Part shown: in pieces, positions 36,880 to 47,500 of the stretch
Layout of the letters: every line of letters starts with the position of its first letter
How positions within the stretch are numbered: position 1 is the first letter of the stretch
IMG/VR virus record: IMGVR_UViG_3300037067_013058
Span: 1 to 64,000 of that record
Length of the DNA stretch: 64,000 nt
Source of the DNA: a virus
Taxonomy: Duplodnaviria; Caudoviricetes
Strand: one strand, 5' to 3'
The notes under the pieces: model-generated
What the model was told of the DNA's origin: nothing
The model's database searches: none
The model's input: the letters and a program-made list of their open reading frames with translations, nothing else
Position numbers and translations under genes: made by a program

Positions 36880-37314
36880 TTACAGTTTCGAACCGGCAAT
36901 TAGCCAATTTGATAGAACATTATTGATAGACTTACCCGTTGCCTTAGAAACATCCCGTGCCATATTGTGAACCCTTAGCGGAAAATAGAGCAGAATCCTT
37001 GACATTAGCGGATCATCATAGCTGTCATTAATTACTTTGAAAAACTTCTCTTTTCCGTCCTTGATAATCTCAATTGCGCCAGCCTCTTTCAAATATCTTA
37101 CGCCATTTGATAGGATATGAGGATTGTAAATATCTGTGTGAAAATAATCATTTAGATATACCTGGATCATGTCCATAGTAACATTAGCGTTATGTTTACT
37201 GAGTACATTGATGGAATTTACGATATTTCGTCTAATCGTAATAACATCAGCACTAGTACGTTTTCGCTGATGCTTTGGGAGAATTGCTTCGGTTCTAGGT
37301 GTAAATTTATCCAC
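36880..37314 (-). CDS. putative DNA-binding protein (winged-helix-like plus C-terminal ribbon-helix-helix-like)
   Basis: LSNGVRYLKEAGAIEIIKDG; RILLYFPLRVHNMARDVSKATGKSINNVL. Confidence 0.5.
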   Translation of the reverse strand: MDKFTPRTEAILPKHQRKRTSADVITIRRNIVNSINVLSKHNANVTMDMIQVYLNDYFHTDIYNPHILSNGVRYLKEAGAIEIIKDGKEKFFKVINDSYDDPLMSRILLYFPLRVHNMARDVSKATGKSINNVLSNWLIAGSKL

Positions 37315-37359
37315 AACATTACTCCTTTAATGGGCGTGATAATGCCCGGTATATTGCCT

Positions 37360-37387
37360 AATATAGTGACGAATTTTGGGTTGTCAA
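37360..37387 (-). promoter_or_regulatory. sigma70-like promoter with overlapping palindrome
   Basis: C-TTGACA-N16-TATATT; the -10 is one arm of TATATT-N4-AATATA. Confidence 0.8.
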
Positions 37388-37395
37388 GGGGTTGT

Positions 37396-38223
37396 TCACT
37401 CAGGAACACAAGAATAATCGAAAATCACCATGTCAAAAATGCAGCGGAAACCTTCGTCACAGGCGGGATTACCTGTACCACACTCACAAACACGATCCTC
37501 ACCACTCCCGCCACAGGTACTTCCACCATTTTCGTAACAATTATTTGTACAAGAATCACAAAACATATCTGCAAAGTTCAGATCGCACTCAGCCCCGGAA
37601 TAGAGAGGAACACATACACCTGCAACACATTCTCCAGTATATCCGGCCCCGGCAGGACAACCTGTACGTGCCCTATTAGGACCCAAACCCGCAAGTGTTG
37701 ACCAATAAACATACCCATCAGTAACCAAAATATTACAAACAGAATTTGGATCATCGTACTCGTCATAAGGATCTACATACCAGGCCCCCCACTCAATATT
37801 AGTCAAGGAACAAGAAGGGCTAATCCCGTCGCACACCGTCTCCCCTTGACGAATTTCGTCCCCACTACCACAAACTGTGGGCTCAGGACACCTAAACTGG
37901 AAAGGCTCCATCGTATCAGGATGAAAACTATCTGATACAATCTCAGGCAAAATGTCTGGAACACACGCTGCGCCCCCAAGAGCTACCTCTCCGGAAATAC
38001 AACATGATCCTGCATCACAAGGAAGACCTGTCCCAGAATCAATGCCTGAATCAGAACTTGTCTCTGTGTCTGCATCAGAATCGGAGCTTGAATCTTCCCC
38101 AGCATCAACCGCTTCCGTCTCCGTGTCGAGTCCCGAATCTTCTACAACAAAAAGACGAGGAAACTCCCCCGTAGATGAACAGCCAGAACAAACAACCAAA
38201 AACAGCAAAACTAGATTTTTCAT
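37396..38223 (-). CDS. Cys-rich predicted lipoprotein
   Basis: MKNLVLLFLVVCSG|C signal/lipobox-like start at ATG 38223 (AGGTGG SD); acidic D/S/T linker; many Cys. Confidence 0.7.
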   Translation of the reverse strand: MKNLVLLFLVVCSGCSSTGEFPRLFVVEDSGLDTETEAVDAGEDSSSDSDADTETSSDSGIDSGTGLPCDAGSCCISGEVALGGAACVPDILPEIVSDSFHPDTMEPFQFRCPEPTVCGSGDEIRQGETVCDGISPSCSLTNIEWGAWYVDPYDEYDDPNSVCNILVTDGYVYWSTLAGLGPNRARTGCPAGAGYTGECVAGVCVPLYSGAECDLNFADMFCDSCTNNCYENGGSTCGGSGEDRVCECGTGNPACDEGFRCIFDMVIFDYSCVPE

Positions 38224-38245
38224 GTCAACCACCTTTCTACAAGGT

Positions 38246-38273
38246 AATATAACCACTAGATTTGATGTGTCAA
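38246..38273 (-). promoter_or_regulatory. sigma70-like promoter at the structural/non-structural boundary
   Basis: C-TTGACA-N16-TATATT. Confidence 0.8.
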
Positions 38274-38289
38274 GCAGAAAAAGAAAAGT

Positions 38290-41200
38290 CTACCACCATT
38301 CTGTATCGGCGGTAGTTGTACCTGTGTTTCTGGACTTAACGTTGGCTTTAGGATAAGCAGGGGCCGTTGTATATGTCTCTGCAACAAAGTTTATTGTGTC
38401 AGCAAACTCAAAAGGCGTAGTACAGTGTACGTTAACAATAGGACCTCCAGTCAAAATAACACTAGAAAGCCCCGTATTCGCATGATTTGCGCTGTCAATG
38501 TTGATAGTGTTTCCAAGAACATTAGCACGGCACAAAGTGCCTACTCCGCTGAGACGACAGTAAAACTCATAAATCGCCCCACCAATATCATTAGAAGCTT
38601 TGATTTTATTGTTTAATGCGCTAATATTGGACAAAGCCAGAGAAGCCGTATCAATATAAATACCGTGTGCGCCCAATAAAACTGAGTTATCAAGATAGTT
38701 ACCTGAAATAGATGTTGCTCCATAACAATCATGCAAATAAATATGGTATACTGTTCCTACAATTGCTCCTGTTTTGTAAGACCTATTATTGTCAACAGAA
38801 ACGCTATCTGAAACATCCAACCACACATTTGCACTTAAAGCCCCCAGACTTCCGTTTAGTGTTAAATTATTCCCGATAATATTCGTCTGGAGGGGCCAAG
38901 AGGTTCTACCAATAATGCACCCACCCCCCGTCAATATGCAGCCTGTATAATTACAAGCATTAGAAGGAGTAGAACACACAACATTGGAGGAAACAGAACT
39001 CAGAACAACATTAGAATCCATGTAAATACCAACAGACTTAGTATTAATCCTGTTCCCGGAGACATCAAACGTACAAGAAACGCCATCTCCCTTAAGGTGC
39101 AGCCCTGTCCAATTTACGTCAATACTGTTCCCGCTAATTACCGATTTCAAAGTTGGTAATGCCGTACCCTTTGGGAAACAACGAATCCCGTCACCACGAA
39201 CAGTAGTTAATGCACCCGTAAATGAAATGTTGTTGTTCGAAATTACACTATTAGTCAAATTATTGTAAATTCCATAAACAAAAGTAGCGTCATTAACAAC
39301 AGCGCCAGCAATCATCAATGAATTACTTGCAACATTATTGCTGTTGCATGTTACTGCCATGACATCATCAAAACTACTTGGTCCATCAATGTGAATACCG
39401 GCAGAAACAGAAGTAGAATCAGTAATGTCTCCCCAGAAACCGGCCACATTATTTCCATTTACCGCTAACCCATTCAAACCTGTAGTATGCCCAGAATCCA
39501 AATTTATATTACAATAAATTCCGTAGGCATTTTCATCAGCAGACAACATACCTCGAATATTGTTATTCGATACAGACAACGCCCTGCAATCCAGGAAACT
39601 CGCCGCACCGCCAGCAGCAGTAATCGCTACACGAACCCCAAAAACAGAAGTACCCCCGGCGAGAGTAGCAAAAGTTCTCATTGTATTTCCACAAAGTGAC
39701 AAACCATCCAAACTCGAAATTCCACCAAGAACAAACGTGCTCTCCATACAAACACCAAAAATATTTCCCAAAGCACTGGAAAAATTCGTTAGTGTGTTAT
39801 CAGAAACTATGATATTACCAACAGAAATACCATCGTCAATTAATCCGTAAAGGTAAATACCTTGTAAATCATTTCCGTACAAAGCTACACCGCCAGCATT
39901 CTTTGCAAAAATTGACAATGAGTTCCCACGAATTGTTACATCACTCAAAGTTGTCCAAGTTCCTGTTAATGCACTAACACTAATACCGGAGTGATACCCA
40001 CCATTAATCGTGTTCCCTTCAATTTGTAGAGAAGAAATAGCATTTGATGCCACCCAAATACTAATGCCCATTTCAGACATTGTATTCCCACGAATAACCG
40101 CACCACCATGAATAACAAAAACCCCAATACCTACGTGTGAGGCAGAACCAGAAACCCTTTTCACAGTGTTATTTATAATCTTTGGAATACCATCTCCACT
40201 TGTATCAAAATAAATTCCATACTGTGGAGCAGTATCAGCACCAGTACCAATCTCAATTATATTTCCATCAATTATAAAATCACCGTTTGTAGTCCCTGAA
40301 AACACCCCTGAAATTGCAGGCGTGAATGTACCTGCATTATTAGTAATGATTTTGTTATTCTTAATATGAATGTCATACCCAATAACATTTATCAAACTCG
40401 TACCAACAGAATTCTGAGACTGAGTTATAGAATTGTTCTCCACCCACCAATCGTACAGCGTTGTAGATCCACCAACAGTCATTACGAAACAACTTCTCGT
40501 ACTACATTTGTTATTCCTTAGCCGCACACCATTTTTATCAATTGCCGAAACCATGAAATAGTCGTTCGTCGCAGCAGTTGACGTATACACACAACCTTCT
40601 ACTGTACAATTCGACGCCAAACCAATTGCCACAGCACCATCAACCGTTGTGCTAATATAAACATTTCTTACCGTACAATTGTTAGATAATTGCCAAGCCC
40701 CTGTAGCAGATATTACGCTGATATTAACGGCAGATGAGGAAGAATTCTTGCCTATAACATCTACGTTGGAGGGTTGCGTAATGGCGCTTGGAATATAGGA
40801 CAAGCCGTTTAATTGGATTTCAATTCTGTAATCCCTTGTTGAGCGAAGAGATGCGTAAAGAAATGCGGTGTATAATGAGTCGAATGCTGACAAAGCGGAG
40901 GAGGAAGTGAAGGAGGAAACTGACCACTCGTAGACAGGGCCATTTACGTTTCTCATCAGATTTGTATATGAAGAAATTGCGCCAGCCGCAGTGACAATAG
41001 AGTAAAGCACAACTCCGCGTTCTGGTGAGTCTGTAGCATCAGTGGCTTCATATACGCTGCTGACCCAAGGTGTGAGATGTGTTGATCCAATTACATAAGC
41101 CGCAGCATCTGGAATGCTCCCTGCGAAGTCTGCTGTGACCGGGATAATTCGCATTGTCCCGCCAGCATCCAAATAGATTAGATTTATTTCATTGTCATAC

Positions 41201-43173
41201 AACGTTTGTGCAGAACCCACGTAATCAATTCTCTTACCACGACAATAATAACCACCACCACGGAAATTAAGGGTCAAGCCAGCAGCACCATAATATGCGA
41301 AATCATAATATGCCGTATTGCGCCGATAAAGAACACCGGATTCATGGAGTTCATCATTTTCGCTATATGAAAGTGCTTGCAATGCCGAGTCGGACATAAC
41401 GTCAATAGCGAGAGTCCCCCAAATTCTCTTATCTACTACTGCGCGGGCTGCTGGCGTATAAGGTTTGTATCCAATTGCAAAGCGCGCGGGGCCTGCTAGT
41501 GGATCCCACCAGCCAACAACAGAAGCAACTTGAACATTCTGTGTCCAATCCGGAGAGGTATACACAACTATGCTATCGGCGTAAACTCCAACCCCAGGAA
41601 GATTCCCATCTGGAGCAAGAACAGCGTCACCGCCACCAAAAGGAGGTGCAGGAGTATTGACCAACAAATCCAACCAACCTTCAGATGTGTAATCATATAA
41701 ACGAATTACTTGTGAAGCAGAGGCAAAGGGAACAACTACAGGCTCCCCAGCGTTAAAGGTAAAGGTAGCCGTAGCAACACCAACGGTCAAATTCAATGCA
41801 AGCCCCGCACTTGCAGGATATGATGCAGACATATCAACAAGCCACACACCAGTAATTGTGCGAGGACCACCAGACTCATCAATCATTGCTTTGTGATGAA
41901 CTGCCGCAACACCTTCATCAGATAGATAAACTTCATATAGATGCGTGCCGCTGGTACTACTCGGCACAACCGCAGGCTCAAACATAAAAGAAGTTGGAGC
42001 AAAGGAAGCAACACGTTTCCCATTGCAATAATAAGCATCAACACCAACAAGCGGAACTAAGGACAATTGATCAGCAGTTAATGGAAAACTTATTGTTGCT
42101 TGTGCAGCAGACGCAGAAGAAATTTTAATGAATCCATTTGAGTGCTCTAGATCGATATGCTCTGACAATAATCCAAGATCTGAGCCACTAAGATCCGAGA
42201 TCGAATTTCCATGTGGGTTGTTTGGCGTAATTATGCCTGTGCCGATCATACTTCTGTGTAAATTATCCTCCGCTGTCAAACGGGGAATTTCTTGGTAATA
42301 TAGATTATAGATCGTGGGCGTCTCATTAGTAACAACGCCAACAACAGTAGGAAGCATAGACAAAATGACTTGAACAGTCATAAATGTTCCCGTGCTGCCG
42401 GGTAGGCTATAACTCCCATCCGCAGTAATAGGAACCCACGCAAACCCAGGTGGAACATTGGGGGGAGCAACCGGATGTGGAGCCATTCCATACGGCCCCC
42501 AACGAAGGAAATGCAATGGACCTGCGGCGCAATAATGTTGGAGCAATCCAATTCCCGGCAGTGTGTCAGATGAGATGGACAGAACAGTCACTCCCGGAAT
42601 TGTTGTAAAAACCATTGGATCGCTATAGAGAAGCGCATCAAATGACGTGGGTGAAAAGATATTGGAAGTTGTGATCGGAATTCCAATTCCGTTTGCACTA
42701 ACTTTCCCGATAATGATGCATCGATCAATTGCATCATTTAAAATATTCGGATCAGTAGCAGGGAGCAAAGCGAAGTTAACTTCGGAGTATACACGAATTC
42801 TCCACGCCATTTCGGCACAAGTTGGAAGAGTGATCCCAGAACTTTCTGTGGGTTGCTTATAGGTCGCCGATTCGGTGTATACCGCTACGATCACATTGAC
42901 AGTATTCAATGTGTAGTCCTGCAATGCAATACTGAAGTATGCGCTATCCGTTTCTAAATACTCGCCATTAGGAGCAAATCCTGAAAGCAATGCAATGTCG
43001 ATCTTAGTGAGATCGAGGGCATTCACTGTAATTGCCCCACCTGAGTAGATCCCCCTTGAGGTCCAATCAGTCCTACCCCTAAGTATCTCTGCGGCCTTTG
43101 TCAATTCTGTGCGATGTAGTGCAACGTGATCTACAAGGCAACTGTCCGGATATAGTGACCTATTCATTTTCAA
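38290..43173 (-). CDS. large tail fibre/tailspike with parallel beta-helix repeats (probable receptor-binding protein)
   Basis: 1627 aa; C-terminal ~800 aa of I..N.I / V..NN.. repeats with GI.. turns; last gene of the tail module. Confidence 0.75.
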   Translation of the reverse strand: MKMNRSLYPDSCLVDHVALHRTELTKAAEILRGRTDWTSRGIYSGGAITVNALDLTKIDIALLSGFAPNGEYLETDSAYFSIALQDYTLNTVNVIVAVYTESATYKQPTESSGITLPTCAEMAWRIRVYSEVNFALLPATDPNILNDAIDRCIIIGKVSANGIGIPITTSNIFSPTSFDALLYSDPMVFTTIPGVTVLSISSDTLPGIGLLQHYCAAGPLHFLRWGPYGMAPHPVAPPNVPPGFAWVPITADGSYSLPGSTGTFMTVQVILSMLPTVVGVVTNETPTIYNLYYQEIPRLTAEDNLHRSMIGTGIITPNNPHGNSISDLSGSDLGLLSEHIDLEHSNGFIKISSASAAQATISFPLTADQLSLVPLVGVDAYYCNGKRVASFAPTSFMFEPAVVPSSTSGTHLYEVYLSDEGVAAVHHKAMIDESGGPRTITGVWLVDMSASYPASAGLALNLTVGVATATFTFNAGEPVVVPFASASQVIRLYDYTSEGWLDLLVNTPAPPFGGGDAVLAPDGNLPGVGVYADSIVVYTSPDWTQNVQVASVVGWWDPLAGPARFAIGYKPYTPAARAVVDKRIWGTLAIDVMSDSALQALSYSENDELHESGVLYRRNTAYYDFAYYGAAGLTLNFRGGGYYCRGKRIDYVGSAQTLYDNEINLIYLDAGGTMRIIPVTADFAGSIPDAAAYVIGSTHLTPWVSSVYEATDATDSPERGVVLYSIVTAAGAISSYTNLMRNVNGPVYEWSVSSFTSSSALSAFDSLYTAFLYASLRSTRDYRIEIQLNGLSYIPSAITQPSNVDVIGKNSSSSAVNISVISATGAWQLSNNCTVRNVYISTTVDGAVAIGLASNCTVEGCVYTSTAATNDYFMVSAIDKNGVRLRNNKCSTRSCFVMTVGGSTTLYDWWVENNSITQSQNSVGTSLINVIGYDIHIKNNKIITNNAGTFTPAISGVFSGTTNGDFIIDGNIIEIGTGADTAPQYGIYFDTSGDGIPKIINNTVKRVSGSASHVGIGVFVIHGGAVIRGNTMSEMGISIWVASNAISSLQIEGNTINGGYHSGISVSALTGTWTTLSDVTIRGNSLSIFAKNAGGVALYGNDLQGIYLYGLIDDGISVGNIIVSDNTLTNFSSALGNIFGVCMESTFVLGGISSLDGLSLCGNTMRTFATLAGGTSVFGVRVAITAAGGAASFLDCRALSVSNNNIRGMLSADENAYGIYCNINLDSGHTTGLNGLAVNGNNVAGFWGDITDSTSVSAGIHIDGPSSFDDVMAVTCNSNNVASNSLMIAGAVVNDATFVYGIYNNLTNSVISNNNISFTGALTTVRGDGIRCFPKGTALPTLKSVISGNSIDVNWTGLHLKGDGVSCTFDVSGNRINTKSVGIYMDSNVVLSSVSSNVVCSTPSNACNYTGCILTGGGCIIGRTSWPLQTNIIGNNLTLNGSLGALSANVWLDVSDSVSVDNNRSYKTGAIVGTVYHIYLHDCYGATSISGNYLDNSVLLGAHGIYIDTASLALSNISALNNKIKASNDIGGAIYEFYCRLSGVGTLCRANVLGNTINIDSANHANTGLSSVILTGGPIVNVHCTTPFEFADTINFVAETYTTAPAYPKANVKSRNTGTTTADTEWW

Positions 43174-43321
43174 TCTCCCTTAGCCATGCTTCCTTATCAA
43201 AATTTTCTGGAAGTTTTGCAATTTAATCCCACAATTCAAAAAAACCTTAGCACATATTACACAAGCTTGTCTAAATCCCCAAAACAACAAAAAAGACTTA
43301 GAAACAAGTTTCCTAAATTTC

Positions 43322-43440
43322 TTGACATTCCTGTGGGTGTGGTTCTCATTCATCGAAGTGTAACCTCCGTGCCTTTGGGAAGACCCTCAGACACCGACCT
43401 GCACCCCAGGTCGTTTGGTGCTTGTAAAATGTTCCTGGAT
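43322..43440 (-). ncRNA. putative omegaRNA scaffold and right end of the solo TnpB
   Basis: Overlaps the tnpB 3' end and finishes GATGAATGAGAACC...GGAATGTCAA (IS605-type TCAA end); the 5' boundary is a guess. Confidence 0.45.
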
Positions 43441-44540
43441 GCATTCTCGTCCCGATCCATAACCAGGCCACAAGCAGGACACTCATGAATGCGAATATTT
43501 AGTGTCTTACGCACTAATGTACCGCAATCCGAACAGTTCTGCGTGGTGCCTTTTGGGTCAACTAACCCAACCGGAAAACCAGCTTCTTCCGCTTTGTCTT
43601 TCAGTCGGGATATAAACATCCCCCAGGAAGCATCCATTATGTTACGTCTCATCGAACGGGTATTTTTCTCTGTCATCCCTTCTGGTGCAGGACGTGTTGA
43701 ATCCAGCATCCCTACAATGTTCAATTTCTCAACTTTAAAACCGTCATATTCCTTTGCTAGAGCAGCAACAGTCTGGAATATAAAATCTTGCCTCTTATTA
43801 GCAACTTTCGCGCTGATGCGAGAAAGAACTTGCTTGGACTTTTTCCTGTTGTTTGATCCCTTTTTCTTGGAGCTTAAATCTCTTTGAGCTTCTTTTATCT
43901 GAGGAAGAACTTTCTTCAGAAAATGTGGGTTTTCTACATTTTCCCCATTTGATAACTTGGCAAAAGTCTTCAAACCAACATCGATCCCAACCTCATTCCT
44001 AGGAGCTTTGACTTCCGGAGCAGGACCAATATCAACTTGGAAATCTGCCCACCACCTGTTTTGGCGTTTAACAATACGAAGACCTTTGATTTCACCTTCC
44101 CTGTGGATCTTATTTCTCATAGTCAAAACAATCGGTGTCGGGCCTGCTTTGATAATTAACTTCTTTCCCGCAATCTTCCAGCCTACCAAACCAAAAACCA
44201 AAGTATCAAATCTGCCCCTGCCTTTGAACCTGGGGAAACCGGTCTTCTCGCCCCTCTTTACCCTTCGGAAGAAACCACTATATGAAAAATCCAACCTCTT
44301 CAATGCCGTCAACCGCGCCATCTCAGCCGGGAGAAGCCTAAATTCCTGATCATCAGCACGAAGCAGAGTTAAGTCTCTATACTGATCATATAAAGAAAGA
44401 GAAATCTTCTGCTTCCTATAAGCCTCTATTCGTTGCTGTAAGGCAGCATTATAAAGTTGCCGACAAGACTCTAAAACAGAAAGAAGTTTTGCTTCCTGCT
44501 TGTATGATCTTCCCAACTTAATTTTACTCGTTCTAATCAT
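43350..44540 (-). CDS. tnpB: solo TnpB (IS605/IS1341-type) with intact RuvC triad
   Basis: GIDVG, KVEKL, CSDC/CPAC, DRDENA; no tnpA nearby. Confidence 0.92.
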   Translation of the reverse strand: MIRTSKIKLGRSYKQEAKLLSVLESCRQLYNAALQQRIEAYRKQKISLSLYDQYRDLTLLRADDQEFRLLPAEMARLTALKRLDFSYSGFFRRVKRGEKTGFPRFKGRGRFDTLVFGLVGWKIAGKKLIIKAGPTPIVLTMRNKIHREGEIKGLRIVKRQNRWWADFQVDIGPAPEVKAPRNEVGIDVGLKTFAKLSNGENVENPHFLKKVLPQIKEAQRDLSSKKKGSNNRKKSKQVLSRISAKVANKRQDFIFQTVAALAKEYDGFKVEKLNIVGMLDSTRPAPEGMTEKNTRSMRRNIMDASWGMFISRLKDKAEEAGFPVGLVDPKGTTQNCSDCGTLVRKTLNIRIHECPACGLVMDRDENASRNILQAPNDLGCRSVSEGLPKGTEVTLR

Positions 44541-44598
44541 TCTATTATTATCTCTTGATATTTTTTAAAAATAAAAGCACAACAATCTTGGCACATCT

Positions 44599-47500
44599 CT
44601 AGCCCCACACGTTGGTCAAACCTTGAACACTCGGAGTTCCGTGCAAATGTAAACCCTTCAAAACAAGTGATCTTACCCTGAAATCCAAAACGTCCCTAAT
44701 TCCACCCAAAGTTAACCTTAATTGTTGAATCGGGAATAAAACGCCTGCCGAATCAACTGAATGAACGTTTTCATTCTTCTCAATTTCTTTCCATTCAGCA
44801 GCCAAGCAATGACCCTCATCGATCCCGCAGCGCCACTCAAACTTAACGCCTTGTTTTATCATCAGATTTTGTTTATACGTCCCTAAAACAACAGGCAAAC
44901 TGGGAACATCTACGTCAATTTCTAGATAATTTCCCAAGGAATCAAATACAATATACGATCCCGATAGCACAACGGGCACTATCGCGCCCTCATTTCCTAA
45001 ACTAGAAATTAACCTGAAATTGTACACAGGCCCAAAAGTAACCACGCACTCAAGCGAAGCCTCAGTGCCTAAAGCTGTACCTGAAACATAGGTAACCTCT
45101 ACCCCAGGAATTAGATCAAGCACGTTGGGAACCGTCCTCAACCCAACATCCAAATGGGAAACTTCATACGAACGACTTTCCTCATGGGTTAAGAAAAACT
45201 GGGCTCCAGTAACCAATTGGCTACTGTCTATTTCGACTACGCTGGAACTTAAGAACCTCCAATAACGCTGTGCAATTTCCCTTTGCTCTCTTGTGTCTTG
45301 CATGTATAATTTCGCTACGGATTTATCCATAGTTGATTTACGATCCAAAAATGCTTGCCCAGTGTCCGCGTTGAAGAACACTGGAACCGTATTGAGGTAT
45401 TCCCCTTCAATTGTATCTTTCCTATCGAACAAAGTGTAATCCGCCAGCCAAACATAATCCAATTCGTAAGGATTAGTTGTAAATGGAATTGTCGTAATTC
45501 GATACAACAAATTGTAGTCAATTGAGTAAGTTGAAGAGCTTGACCATATAGAAGGATCTATCTCGACTTCTTGAGAATTGTTAAACCACCAATTGGGAAC
45601 ACCCAGAACTGTTGTATTAGGAACGGGCAAAGAATCCATGAACAGACAAGCTTCGTGCGTGTCCTGGTCAGAAGCCAAAGCTAATGGTGCCCGTAATGTT
45701 ACCGAATTTATGGTAAGCACTTCACCAGTAACCGGTAATGCTGACGGAAACACATAGCTCATCATAAAAGGATCTGCTGGCTGAATTGTCAGGTTCACTA
45801 AGGTAGATGCCGCAAAATCCGCCTCTGTCACAGCGCCCAACAAATTCTTGGCAACACCTAGCGCCGTATACTCGCTAACATCAAAAATATCCAGAGCAAT
45901 GTGTGCAGGACTTATCTCTCGCACTAATCCCTGGTAAACGCTTGTGTCACTAATTACGACATTTTTTACCGTTTCTGCTGCTGGAGGAGTTCCAGCCAAT
46001 ATTGGTAAAGCTTCTCTCGTAACGTTCACAAATAAATATGAACCATCTGTCCCATAAAGCGTATAACTCCCAGTAGAAATTATAGAAACATAACCTAATC
46101 CCGGCCCCCAAGGTGTTGAATCTGGAGAATCCCATTTCAACATTCGAACATCACCGACTGAATTATAACTATAAGTTAATATGCCAGTACCTGCCAGCAT
46201 GTCCGCACTAATTACAGAAATAGTTACGCCAGCATACGGCGTAGTTTTATCTGAAATCTTATGCGGAAGACCTAGATATTGCTTATGCCTCAATTCCATC
46301 TCATCAATTGCCCATACATACTGAAGCTCACCAAAGTATTGCCTATGCCTGCTACGGGCAACGGTAGCATTGGTCAAATAACGCGAGCTTATGAACTCGA
46401 CATCAACTGTGAATGCTTCCAACACATACGTCATATTTGCGAAAGCACAGGCAAAATCTATCGCAATAATTACGTCACGGTCCATCATTGGATTGGGCTT
46501 TATTTCGTCAGAGATTCTAAATGTGCCACTAACGAATGTAGGACGTCCAATACCTAGAGAATCAAGCGCCAAAAGCACAGGAGCCGCTGAGTAATAAGTA
46601 ATTCCGCCGTCCCAGCTAACCTTGATTGTTGCCGTTCCACCAGGAGATATAAAATTCCTCACCCAGCCGCTAACGATCATATTGAAACCAGAATAGTCAT
46701 ACAATCCGCCAAAGCTTTTTTGTGGACTATCCGATCCTCTTGTGTTTGGCCAAGGTGTTGGGAATTTTTGAACCTTGGTATAGACAGTCATTGCATCTTT
46801 GTCAGTAGAACACCACCAAGCATATGATGAAGATGGATCGTAATCATCCAACTTGTCCGTAATTACAGAACCCTCGCTCATATACGTCACAAGCACGGGA
46901 GCGGCTGTTTCATCGATAAACCAATTGTCTGGGTGCTGATAATGCAATACGCTATCATCAACAACATTTACGTTATCTGCTACAACTGCTGCCGGGAGCA
47001 ATGACATATCAACAAGAACATTCAATCCTTGTGTTTGCGCTAAGTTTTCTGACACACGATGATATGTCAATGAGAAAGTAAAAGAATCCGTATGTGGCCA
47101 AGGTGCAATGAGCGCCTCCATATCGTCTGGACTGGCATATACTTTTAGAATAGCGCCACCAGCATCAATTAATGAATATTCCCCAGGATCAACCAACGTA
47201 ACAAGAGCACCTAAACCAACACCGGGGGAATTCCACCTCAATTGATGAACTAAAGTAGCACCATTATACACATGATCTATCTGAGCATTACCCGCGTTTA
47301 TATCAATGACGCCTGTTGCTGAAACATAAGTAACTCCTTGCAATAAATCCGGCATTGCAACTAAAGTACCCTCAACAATACCCATAGTTGCTGTTGCCGC
47401 ATTGGTTAATCCATTTTCTATTCTTATGCTTGATCCTGCTGCAACAGGACTCACCATTGCCAATCTATTACTAGCAGCATAAAAATGGGAGAAAGCGAAA

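Noticed and set aside
43300-43327. Plus-strand CTTGACA as a sixth N16 promoter, sharing 11 nt with the 12484-12511 promoter
   Set aside because: The hexamer at N16 is TCTCAT, not TAnnnT; better explained as the TGTCAA right end of the TnpB element.
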